Position numbers and translations under genes: made by a program. Shown here piece by piece: positions 10,268 to 18,507 of a DNA stretch of 64,000 nt. Position 1 is the stretch's first letter, and each line of letters begins with the position of its first letter. The stretch covers positions 11,761-75,760 of the forward strand of contig CALWPD010000002.1 in assembly GCA_944383335.1 (NCBI GenBank), given 5' to 3'. Under the pieces are notes generated by a model. It worked only from the letters and a program-made list of their open reading frames with translations. It did no database searches and had not been told where the DNA came from. This stretch comes from an uncultured Clostridia bacterium. Lineage in GTDB: Bacteria > Bacillota > Clostridia > Christensenellales > UBA1242.

Positions 10268-11656
10268 ATGAAAGTTTATAATGTTTTACACAGAAGGAAA
10301 GAAGAGTTTGTCCCGATTGAAGCAAAGTCAGTAAAAATGTATGTGTGCGGAATGACTACAAACGGGCTTGTCCATCTTGGACACGCAAGGCAAGCCATAA
10401 CTTTTGATATGATATATAAATATTTAAAACTGAAAGGATTTTCAGTCAAATATGCATCGAACTACACAGATATAGATGATAGGCTTATTTCTCAGGCAAA
10501 AGAGCGAAACATTTCGCCATTGCAACTTGCTGACGAGCGCATAAAAATAATAAATACAACGTGGAAAAACCTTGATGTTGCAGAACCAGATTTTAGACCT
10601 AGAGTAACAAAATGTATTCAAAATATAATTCAATTTATTTTTGATTTAATAGAAAAAGGTTATGCCTATGAAACGCAAGATGGAGATGTATATTTTACTG
10701 TTAAAAAATTCTCTGGATATGGTAAGCTGTCAAATAGAAAAATAGATGAACTTATAGATTCTGTTAGAATTGAGAATGCCGAAAACAAGCGAGATAAATT
10801 AGATTTTGCGCTTTGGAAGCACACAAATGAAGGTGAGTTTGGTTTTCCATCTCCTTGGGGAATGGGTAGACCCGGTTGGCATATCGAATGTTCGGCTATG
10901 ATAAAAACTTATTTGGGCGACCAAATAGATATTCATGGCGGTGGTAAGGATTTAATTTTCCCTCATCATGAGAATGAGATTGCTCAAAGTTATTGTGAAA
11001 ATGGTTGCGACCTTGCCAAATACTGGTTACATAATGGACTAATCACCATTAATGGTCAAAAGATGAGTAAAAGTTTAGGCAATTTTATGCTTGTGGATGA
11101 TATTTTAAAAACCTATGATGGTGAAATTATTCGTTACGCAATACTTGTTAACCATTATACTTCAACTCAAGACCTTGGTGATGAAGCACTCAAACTTGCT
11201 GAAAAAAATTTATATTATTTCTATAACAGTTTGAATACAATTCAAGATTATGAGCCAAACGATACTCTAGTTGAAAAGTTTTATGAAAGCATGGATGATG
11301 ATTTTAATAGTGCGAAAGTTATTGCAGACCTTTTTGTTGAATTCTCAAATTATTCTAAAACAAAAAATGCAAAATTTGCTGGAGCGATTATGAATTGTTT
11401 GCCACTTTTGCAAAACATATTGGGAATATTAAAACATAATCCAAAAAACTTTATTGGAAAAATCAAACAAAAATATTTAGGAATCTTGAATATAACTGAA
11501 AACGAAATTAATGCAATTATAAACAAACGAAGTGAAGCAAAGCAACAAAAAAATTATTCACTTGCAGATAGCTTAAGGGACGAATTACTAAATCGTGGCA
11601 TAATGTTGAATGACACAAAATCAGGCACGACTTGGGACATAAAACAATTATATTAA
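10268..11656 (+). CDS. cysS: cysteine--tRNA ligase
   Basis: HIGH motif (HLGHAR) and KMSKS motif (KMSKSLGN). The canonical N-terminus MKVYNVLHRRKEEF begins at ATG 10268, with GAGGAA SD inside the preceding gene. The track start at 10205 is an upstream extension. Confidence 0.93.
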   Translation: MKVYNVLHRRKEEFVPIEAKSVKMYVCGMTTNGLVHLGHARQAITFDMIYKYLKLKGFSVKYASNYTDIDDRLISQAKERNISPLQLADERIKIINTTWKNLDVAEPDFRPRVTKCIQNIIQFIFDLIEKGYAYETQDGDVYFTVKKFSGYGKLSNRKIDELIDSVRIENAENKRDKLDFALWKHTNEGEFGFPSPWGMGRPGWHIECSAMIKTYLGDQIDIHGGGKDLIFPHHENEIAQSYCENGCDLAKYWLHNGLITINGQKMSKSLGNFMLVDDILKTYDGEIIRYAILVNHYTSTQDLGDEALKLAEKNLYYFYNSLNTIQDYEPNDTLVEKFYESMDDDFNSAKVIADLFVEFSNYSKTKNAKFAGAIMNCLPLLQNILGILKHNPKNFIGKIKQKYLGILNITENEINAIINKRSEAKQQKNYSLADSLRDELLNRGIMLNDTKSGTTWDIKQLY

Positions 11657-11672
11657 TAAAAGGAAACGACAT

Positions 11673-12764
11673 ATGAAAATAGGTGTAGTAGGATTGCCAA
11701 ATGTTGGCAAAAGTACGCTTTTTAATGCAATAACGGAAGCGGGAGCAGAAAGTGCAAACTATCCGTTTTGCACAATAGAGCCAAATATTGGAGTTGTCGA
11801 TGTTAAGGACGAAAGACTCAATGTTCTTGGCAAAATGTATAATACAAAAAAAATAACTCCGGCATCCATTGAATTTGTAGATATTGCAGGCCTTGTGAAA
11901 GGTGCAAGCCAAGGTGAAGGACTTGGCAATAAATTTTTAAGCCATATTCGTGAAGTGGATGCCATTTGTCATGTAGTAAGGTGTTTTGATGATGAAAACA
12001 TTATTAATGTAAATTCGTCGGTTGATCCAGTTCGAGATATTGAAATAATAAATTTAGAACTCATACTTGCCGATCTTGAAACTATTACAAAAAGATATGA
12101 TAAGTTGAGTAAACTTGCAAGAGTGGGTGAGAAACAATCTGAAAAAGAACTTGAAATTTTAAAAAAGATTAAAGTTGCACTAGAAAATGGTGAAAATGCA
12201 AGAACTGTTAAAGCAAATGATGAAGATGAGCAAAAAATCATAAACTCCTTTTTCCTTTTGACGACAAAACCTGTAGTATATTGTGCAAACATTGGCGAGA
12301 ACGACATAGGTAAACCAAACAAATATGTTGACGCTGTTAAAGAATATGCAAAAAAAGAGGGAGCAAAAACTATAGCACTTTGTGCAAAGATTGAAGAAGA
12401 ACTTACTAAACTTGATAGATCAGATCGGGAATTATTCAAACAAGAATTAGGTATTAAAGAAAGTGGTCTTGACCAACTTGTTGTTGCAAGTTATGACCTT
12501 TTAGGGCTTATGAGTTTTCTTACAGCCGGCGAAACGGAGTGCCGTGCTTGGACAATAAAAAGAGGGACCAAAGCACCTCAAGCGGCAGGGAAAATTCATA
12601 CAGACTTTGAAAAAGGTTTTATAAAAGCTGAAGTTGTTAAATATGACGATTTGGTTGCTTGTGGAAGTTATAGTATGGCAAAAGAAAAAGGTAAAGTCCG
12701 AATTGAAGGGAAGGACTACATTGTTCAAGATGGAGATGTCATGCTATTTAGATTTAATGTATAG
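11673..12764 (+). CDS. ychF: redox-regulated ATPase YchF (Obg-family)
   Basis: MKIGVVGLPNVGKSTLFNA P-loop, coiled-coil insert, C-terminal TGS-like domain (IHTDFEKGFIKAEV). Confidence 0.95.
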   Translation: MKIGVVGLPNVGKSTLFNAITEAGAESANYPFCTIEPNIGVVDVKDERLNVLGKMYNTKKITPASIEFVDIAGLVKGASQGEGLGNKFLSHIREVDAICHVVRCFDDENIINVNSSVDPVRDIEIINLELILADLETITKRYDKLSKLARVGEKQSEKELEILKKIKVALENGENARTVKANDEDEQKIINSFFLLTTKPVVYCANIGENDIGKPNKYVDAVKEYAKKEGAKTIALCAKIEEELTKLDRSDRELFKQELGIKESGLDQLVVASYDLLGLMSFLTAGETECRAWTIKRGTKAPQAAGKIHTDFEKGFIKAEVVKYDDLVACGSYSMAKEKGKVRIEGKDYIVQDGDVMLFRFNV

Positions 12765-12768
12765 TAAC

Positions 12769-12814
12769 AAAAAATAACTCTATGGAATATATAATTCCAA
12801 AGGAGTTATTTTTT
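12769..12814 (+). terminator. ychF terminator hairpin that also pairs with the SD of the next gene
   Basis: AAAAAATAACTC (12769-12780) pairs with GAGTTATTTTTT (12803-12814). There is an inner TGGAAT/ATTCCA stem. The 3' arm contains the AAGGAG SD (12800-12805) of the 12815 gene. Confidence 0.55.
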
Positions 12815-13372
12815 ATGGAAGAGACTATTCAAAATGATACCGAAAATATATCATCGTCAGTTCCAGAAACACAACCAGAGCAAACAACAATAGTACCATA
12901 CGATCTCTCTACACTTTCAACAGATATTCAAAGTGCCAGAATCATCTCGCCGGCATACAGTTCTAGACGTAGTGAACTTGCTGCAATTTTACAATATTTA
13001 TATTATGGCATCATATTTGAAAATTTAGGATATAATGAAATAGCAAATCAACTTTTTGCAATAGGAGAACAGGAGATGCATCATTTTCAACTTTTGGCAC
13101 AAACTTTAATTAGACTTGGCGTTGATCCAATTTATACTGCATTTCCGCCACAGCGTGATGCGTATTTTACGACGAGATTTATAAACTATATCACCACAAA
13201 CAAAGAGGCAATGATTAAGTCAGCAATTTGTGATGAAGAATGTGCAATAAAGCAATATGATAGTATGCTGTCGCGTTTAACAAATCAGACAGTCATTGAT
13301 ATAATAACCCACATAAGAGATATGGAGTATAAACATATAGACATTTTAAAAAACATCTTAAAAGCTTTTTAG
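12815..13372 (+). CDS. ferritin-like di-metal carboxylate protein (Mn-catalase/CotJC-like)
   Basis: Four-helix-bundle ligand pattern: SELAA..., EQEMHH (ExxH), DEECA, DMEYKH (ExxH). ATG 12815 has AAGGAG 9 nt upstream, whereas the track start 12782 has no SD. Confidence 0.6.
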   Translation: MEETIQNDTENISSSVPETQPEQTTIVPYDLSTLSTDIQSARIISPAYSSRRSELAAILQYLYYGIIFENLGYNEIANQLFAIGEQEMHHFQLLAQTLIRLGVDPIYTAFPPQRDAYFTTRFINYITTNKEAMIKSAICDEECAIKQYDSMLSRLTNQTVIDIITHIRDMEYKHIDILKNILKAF

Positions 13373-13394
13373 CTTTGTTTGATTTAGTTAAATT

Positions 13395-13997
13395 TTAAAT
13401 TTCGCTTTTAACAAAATATGTTGCATCATGTTTACATAGTGGACAAATAAAATCTTTAGGTAAATAATCTCCTTCGTAAACATAACCGCATACTGAACAA
13501 ACATACACCACTTTCTTTTTCGATTTAGAAAGTTTCGGTTTTATGTTTGTTTGGTAATATGAATATGTAATAGAAGGGATGTCATTTAAAGAAACTTCTG
13601 CCCGTATTTCTGCAATAAATTCATAATGAGTATCTAAATCGTGAATCTCAACTACTTCCGCAGAAATATAGGAGTTTGTTCCTTTGGTTATGTAGGGGAT
13701 ACCATTTTCTGCTATTTTGTAAGCAGAAAAATTATTAAATTTATTTGTATCTTTTCCACTTGAAAAACCAAATCGTTTTATCAAATCAAAATCTGTTTCC
13801 TCATTTAAAATTGAGACATTGAATTTGTGAGTATTTAATATTTGTTGTGTTGTAAAGTTATTTTTGTTAACAGCAATCATGATTCTGTTCGGGGTAGACG
13901 TTACTTGTGATAGGGCATTGATCACACAACCATTTATTTTATCTGTTTTTGCCGTTAAAATATATAATCCATAAGAAATATTAAACATTACATTCAT
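13395..13997 (-). CDS. flavin reductase-like domain fused to a C-terminal rubredoxin (high-molecular-weight rubredoxin type)
   Basis: N-terminal FMN-binding split-barrel-like region; C-terminal CSVCGY...CPLCKH rubredoxin knuckles. The start MNVMFN (complement of 13995-13997) has AAGGAG 7 nt upstream. Confidence 0.75.
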   Translation of the reverse strand: MNVMFNISYGLYILTAKTDKINGCVINALSQVTSTPNRIMIAVNKNNFTTQQILNTHKFNVSILNEETDFDLIKRFGFSSGKDTNKFNNFSAYKIAENGIPYITKGTNSYISAEVVEIHDLDTHYEFIAEIRAEVSLNDIPSITYSYYQTNIKPKLSKSKKKVVYVCSVCGYVYEGDYLPKDFICPLCKHDATYFVKSEI

Positions 13998-14080
13998 AAA
14001 TTTTCTCCTTACAAAAAATATTATCATGATCATTTTTTTTGGTCAAATGTTTTAATAATTTATTACTATGAATAATATAT

Positions 14081-14114
14081 AAAAAGAGGATAGTATTTTC
14101 ATTAATACTATCCT
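14081..14114 (-). terminator. rho-independent terminator of the large surface-protein gene (bidirectional shape)
   Basis: Perfect 11-bp stem AGGATAGTATT (14087-14097) / AATACTATCCT (14104-14114), flanked by an A5 run on the plus strand (a T-run on the minus strand). Confidence 0.75.
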
Positions 14115-14127
14115 TCATTTTTTCTAA

Positions 14128-17100
14128 TTAGCCATTTATTTTATCTTGCTTTGCTTTTTGCTTTTCCGTTTTCTTTTTTGCTTTTTGTTCCTTAAACTTT
14201 CTTTCTTTTTCAAGTTTTTCTTTTTTAACACGCTCTGCAATGATTCCTTTTTGAATAGAAATTAAATATTCAGGGAGTTTAAAACTTTCAATTTTTGCAG
14301 TTAAGGCTTCAATTTGATTTTCAAGTTTTGTATGTCTACCAGCATATGCTTTAAAATCGCGCTCCATAGATTTTGTAATTTCTTGTTGTCTTGAGGTTGT
14401 GCGTTGTTTTTTAAGGATATCCTGATGTATTTCTTCAATTCTTGTTAATTCCTTTTTGATATCATCAATTTTGTTTTGATATTCTTTAATTTTTGCATCT
14501 CTAATTTCTTCCGCCTCACGCCTTACAACATCACGGTGTAGGGTGGACTCTCTGTCATATTCGCTGGCTTTTTTTCTTTCCCATTTTTTAATAGTAACTT
14601 TTTTCATAAAATAAGCACAAAGGGCAATTACAAGTGCAATAAACAATATCGCTGTTGGTATAACATACCAAATAAGCCCATCGTTTTCGTTGTCTTCATC
14701 AGTTGTTGTATCTCCACTTTCATCATCGGTTGTTGTATCAGCAGTTGTAAGCAGAAGAACAGTTTTATCATCGGACAATCTTTCTATTGCATCTTCATAG
14801 GTTGATTGGTCAATAGTTTCAAGAGTTAGGTTATCAAAAAATGCTTTACCTTGAATGGATGGACTTTCACTTACAATTCCAAATTGAAGTTGCACTGATG
14901 TTGTTTCGTTGAGTGTAACATAGATGGTGTAGGTTGTCCATTCATCATTGGAGATTATTTCTTCAAAGTTTTTCTCCATTCCAACAAGACCAAATATGGC
15001 ACCATATTTAAGTTTTTCATTCTCATCTACGCCTTCTTGGAGAGTGTTGCCAGTAAATCTTGTGTAAACATCAACTGAAATTTTGTAATATGTGTCCGCA
15101 TTGAGTGATAATGATTCTTTACCAGTCAGAGTGTATTTTGCGACTGAGTTAGAGATAAATGCAGGCATATAAGTTTCATTTGCTTGGTTTTCGCCACTAT
15201 GTGTAATTCCAAAAATGTTATCATCAGCATTTATCATTCCGCCATATGCTGGCATATCGCCTTGATCTAAAGTTTCTCCATTTACAAGTTCTTGTTCATA
15301 CATATATGGGGTATAAATACCATATATTGTGTCATTAGAGACAAAATTAAAGTTGGTAAGAGAGAAATCAAGTGTATTATGGGAATTTGCATAATCTTCA
15401 TAGTTGTCATCAGTTACAAGTGTGCTTGTTTCAAATCTAACGTTATCAATATACAAATATCCAGTGACCGGATCTTCTTTTGTACCAAGAGCCAGCATTA
15501 AACGTAGTGTAGTAGAGTATGTGTCAGTGTTTATCATAATAGAGTATTGCTTCCACTCATCACTACTAAGCCCCTCGTCGGAATAAAGAACATTATCGTC
15601 ATTGTCTAATACATAAACACTCAGCAAGTTATTATTTAAAGTTTGTGCAGTTGTTTTATAATCAAATGATAATAGTTGATAACTATTTGCAGTCGTATTG
15701 ATATTTGAACTTGTAACAGATTGATAAGTCTCTTGATAATTGTAAAGCATAAGCACATTGTTAACATCTTTGTCTATACCAAGACTTGTTGTGGAAGGGT
15801 TGCCTGGGTTTTTGGCATTACCATACAATGCTTTGTTTTGTTCATATAATTGTGAGTAAGTGTTTACTATACCATACATACTGGAAGTTGTATTTTCGGT
15901 TTGACTTGTCCAATCAGAAGGTTTCACAGGATATTCGAAATTCTTATCAAGGGTATCCGATGAATTAAAAGTTCCATTTTCAACAGAAGGTGCACCAGAT
16001 AAAATGTTAGGTGAAACAGAAATTGAATTTGTAGTTGTGGCATCGTTAAATTGTGAATGGGAAATGCTTTCGAAAGTAATATCATCAAAGACTACACAAC
16101 CAGATGCTCCTGTGTCTGAATTGCCAAGTTCCAACACTATAGAAAACGATGTCTTATAAAGGTCATGACCTTTAACAAATATATAATATGGTGTGTAATC
16201 ATTAGTCAATGCATTCTTGGTATTGGATGTTATGGAGATTGACTCCTTTACAGGTGTATAAAAATCTTCCGCATACTCTTCACCATAAAAATTTGCAACA
16301 TCATCGCCTTCGCGTAGAGTGATATATGCATTTCCTGAAAAGTCATCGCTGACTTTGGCCCAAATTGTTATTTTGTAAGTTTCATAAGGTAAAACTTCAA
16401 ATGATGTACTTTGATATCCGACAGAAACGGGAGTGCTTGATGTTGAGTATAAAACAAGTGCATATTTGTTTTGTGCGCTAAGTGAAGAACCTAAATAATC
16501 TAAGCCCAAACTCTCCATACTTGCTTTATTTTGTATGCTAACAATTTTTGCATCTCCGCCGATAGGAAGGTAATTTTCAACACTCCAACCAGTGAAATTT
16601 CCAAGTTCAAAGTCAGCATTTTCAATCATGCCGTCCAATGTATCTCTAAGGTCGATTATATTCATTCTGTTCAAAGCAACATTGTCAGTTCCAACATATT
16701 GACCAGCTTCATTATAAAAGAAATTTCCTGATAGTTGGTTAGCGGTGATATGGTCAAAAAATACTGCATTGTAACTGTCGCTGGTTGTTGTTCCAAGCCA
16801 TAATTGGATTGTTATGGTTTGTTCGCTTATACCCGTGGCGATATAAAACCTATATTCAGTCCATCCATTGGTTGAAAATGCTTCAAAACTGGTATTTTGA
16901 ACAGTATCTTCAAGCCCTTCGACATATATAGATGCACGTGCATCAGTTTGTGTCAATGCCCAAATGCTAAAACGATAATATGAATACGCTTCAAGCGAGA
17001 TGTCATTTGATTCATATCCAATATGGTTTTGTTCATTTGTTTCGGTGGAACTTTTTGCATTTATCATAAGGATATGGTCATCAAGTTCATATCCTGGTTG

Positions 17101-17421
17101 TGTGTATGGCTTGCTTGGGTTTTGTGAACTGGTGAGAGCATAACTTGAAGCACGGTTCGAAAAAGTATCAGAGTTGACACTTATAACTCCATTTTTTCCG
17201 TTTGATGTACCTACTCTTGCCCATCCAGTTGGTGTTGATTGTAATGACGCCGTAGTTGACGAATTAAAATCGCTATTAGTTATTGTGATTTCCGAAGAGG
17301 CCATATCTTCGGCAGAGACAAACCCCACGTTAACGACTGGATAGAAGCTTAAACATATTGCCAAAAGCAATGAAATAATAATAATAGTTAAATAATTAAA
17401 TTTTTTATTAGCAGTAATCAT
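14128..17421 (-). CDS. large type-I membrane/surface protein: signal peptide, four CBM-like beta-sandwich modules, T/D-rich stalk, TM helix, cytoplasmic K/E-rich coiled coil
   Basis: N-terminal signal/anchor (LTIIIISLLLAICLSF...VSAED). Four modules of about 190-210 aa, each opening ITNSDFN / IENADFE / VENGTFN-type and closing FFDHITAN / FDDITFES / YIDNVRFET / FFDNLTLET. TM helix GLIWYVIPTAILFIALVIALCAYFM (14605-14679). 158-aa charged tail (14131-14604). Confidence 0.8.
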   Translation of the reverse strand: MITANKKFNYLTIIIISLLLAICLSFYPVVNVGFVSAEDMASSEITITNSDFNSSTTASLQSTPTGWARVGTSNGKNGVISVNSDTFSNRASSYALTSSQNPSKPYTQPGYELDDHILMINAKSSTETNEQNHIGYESNDISLEAYSYYRFSIWALTQTDARASIYVEGLEDTVQNTSFEAFSTNGWTEYRFYIATGISEQTITIQLWLGTTTSDSYNAVFFDHITANQLSGNFFYNEAGQYVGTDNVALNRMNIIDLRDTLDGMIENADFELGNFTGWSVENYLPIGGDAKIVSIQNKASMESLGLDYLGSSLSAQNKYALVLYSTSSTPVSVGYQSTSFEVLPYETYKITIWAKVSDDFSGNAYITLREGDDVANFYGEEYAEDFYTPVKESISITSNTKNALTNDYTPYYIFVKGHDLYKTSFSIVLELGNSDTGASGCVVFDDITFESISHSQFNDATTTNSISVSPNILSGAPSVENGTFNSSDTLDKNFEYPVKPSDWTSQTENTTSSMYGIVNTYSQLYEQNKALYGNAKNPGNPSTTSLGIDKDVNNVLMLYNYQETYQSVTSSNINTTANSYQLLSFDYKTTAQTLNNNLLSVYVLDNDDNVLYSDEGLSSDEWKQYSIMINTDTYSTTLRLMLALGTKEDPVTGYLYIDNVRFETSTLVTDDNYEDYANSHNTLDFSLTNFNFVSNDTIYGIYTPYMYEQELVNGETLDQGDMPAYGGMINADDNIFGITHSGENQANETYMPAFISNSVAKYTLTGKESLSLNADTYYKISVDVYTRFTGNTLQEGVDENEKLKYGAIFGLVGMEKNFEEIISNDEWTTYTIYVTLNETTSVQLQFGIVSESPSIQGKAFFDNLTLETIDQSTYEDAIERLSDDKTVLLLTTADTTTDDESGDTTTDEDNENDGLIWYVIPTAILFIALVIALCAYFMKKVTIKKWERKKASEYDRESTLHRDVVRREAEEIRDAKIKEYQNKIDDIKKELTRIEEIHQDILKKQRTTSRQQEITKSMERDFKAYAGRHTKLENQIEALTAKIESFKLPEYLISIQKGIIAERVKKEKLEKERKFKEQKAKKKTEKQKAKQDKING

Positions 17422-17520
17422 ATAACACCTTTTAATTTATTTTAATAGTTAACCTTGTTAGTATAGAGCATAACGACAATATTTGCAAATATTTTTTAAC
17501 ATTTGTGCAACAATATTTTT

Positions 17521-17892
17521 ATGAATAACCAATTTTCAAAAAAACATATATTGCTATTGTTAATTTGTGGAGCACTTATTGGACTTATCAATGGATTCTT
17601 TGGTGGCGGTGGTGGTATGCTTTGTGTGCCAATACTAGAAAAGGCTATTGGTCTTGAAAGCAAAAAAGCACACGCAACTACACTTTGTGTCATTTTGCCA
17701 TTATGCATTGTCAGTGCAGTAATTTATATATACAACAACAACATAGATTTTGTCAATTTGTCTTGGGTCAGTTTTGGGGCTGTAACAGGTGGAGTAATAG
17801 GTGCCTTTTTTTTAAGTAAAATAAACAGCAAATGGCTAAGCGTTATTTTTGCAATCTTGATGTTTGGTGTAGGGGTTAAAATGGTGATATAA
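17521..17892 (+). CDS. TSUP/TauE-SafE family transporter, half-size subunit 1 (4 TM)
   Basis: GFFGGGGGMLCVP motif typical of TauE/SafE (DUF81) repeat units. ATG at 17521; the track start at 17503 is TTG. Confidence 0.7.
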   Translation: MNNQFSKKHILLLLICGALIGLINGFFGGGGGMLCVPILEKAIGLESKKAHATTLCVILPLCIVSAVIYIYNNNIDFVNLSWVSFGAVTGGVIGAFFLSKINSKWLSVIFAILMFGVGVKMVI

Positions 17893-18252
17893 ATGTGGTA
17901 CTTATATATTATCTTTGGTTTTTTGTCTGGAGTTGTAGGGGCAATGGGCATGGGTGGAGGAACGCTTCTTATACCATTATTGACAATATTTTCTGATGTT
18001 AGTCAAGTACTTGCTCAGGGATATAATTTAATAGCTTTTTTACCAATGAGTTTAATTGCAATTTTAATTCATATGAAAAATAAGTTAATTGAACCAAAAT
18101 ACTTATGGCTTTTGATTCCATCAGGTGTTGTATTCGCAGTTGTGGGGAGCATTTTGGCAAATTTAATAAAAGGTGGCGTTTTAAAAGTATTATTTGGCAT
18201 TTTTTTGATTGTACTAAGTATATTCCAATTCGTCAAAATATTCAAAAAATAA
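17893..18252 (+). CDS. TSUP/TauE-SafE family transporter, half-size subunit 2 (4 TM)
   Basis: GAMGMGGGTLLIPLL repeat-unit motif. The ATG directly abuts the TAA of subunit 1 (ATA TAA ATG). Confidence 0.7.
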   Translation: MWYLYIIFGFLSGVVGAMGMGGGTLLIPLLTIFSDVSQVLAQGYNLIAFLPMSLIAILIHMKNKLIEPKYLWLLIPSGVVFAVVGSILANLIKGGVLKVLFGIFLIVLSIFQFVKIFKK

Positions 18253-18322
18253 CCTTTTCTAGTGGACAAAATTATAATATTATGTTAAACTCTAAGTCGC
18301 ATGAAAGCAAAAGGAGAATTTT

Positions 18323-18490
18323 ATGGTAGACACAAAAAAATGCATATCATGCGGCACTTGCATTAAAATGTGTCCAGTTGAAGCCATTTCTTTTAAAGAT
18401 GGCAAAGCATGGATAGATCCAAACATTTGTATTAAATGTGGAACTTGTGAGGCGGTTTGTCCAGTAAATGCAATAAAAATTAAAAGATAG
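18323..18490 (+). CDS. 2x[4Fe-4S] ferredoxin (55 aa; below the ORF-track cutoff)
   Basis: Hand translation: MVDTKKCISCGTCIKMCPVEAISFKDGKAWIDPNICIKCGTCEAVCPVNAIKIKR. Two CxxCxxCxxxCP motifs. AAGGAG (18311-18316) lies 6 nt before the ATG. Confidence 0.85.
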   Translation: MVDTKKCISCGTCIKMCPVEAISFKDGKAWIDPNICIKCGTCEAVCPVNAIKIKR

Positions 18491-18507
18491 TTTAATAGAG
18501 AGGGAAA

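Noticed and set aside
11969-12439. 156-aa minus-strand ORF inside ychF
   Set aside because: It lies entirely within a highly conserved gene on the other strand, has a serine/phenylalanine-rich composition, and shows no start context.
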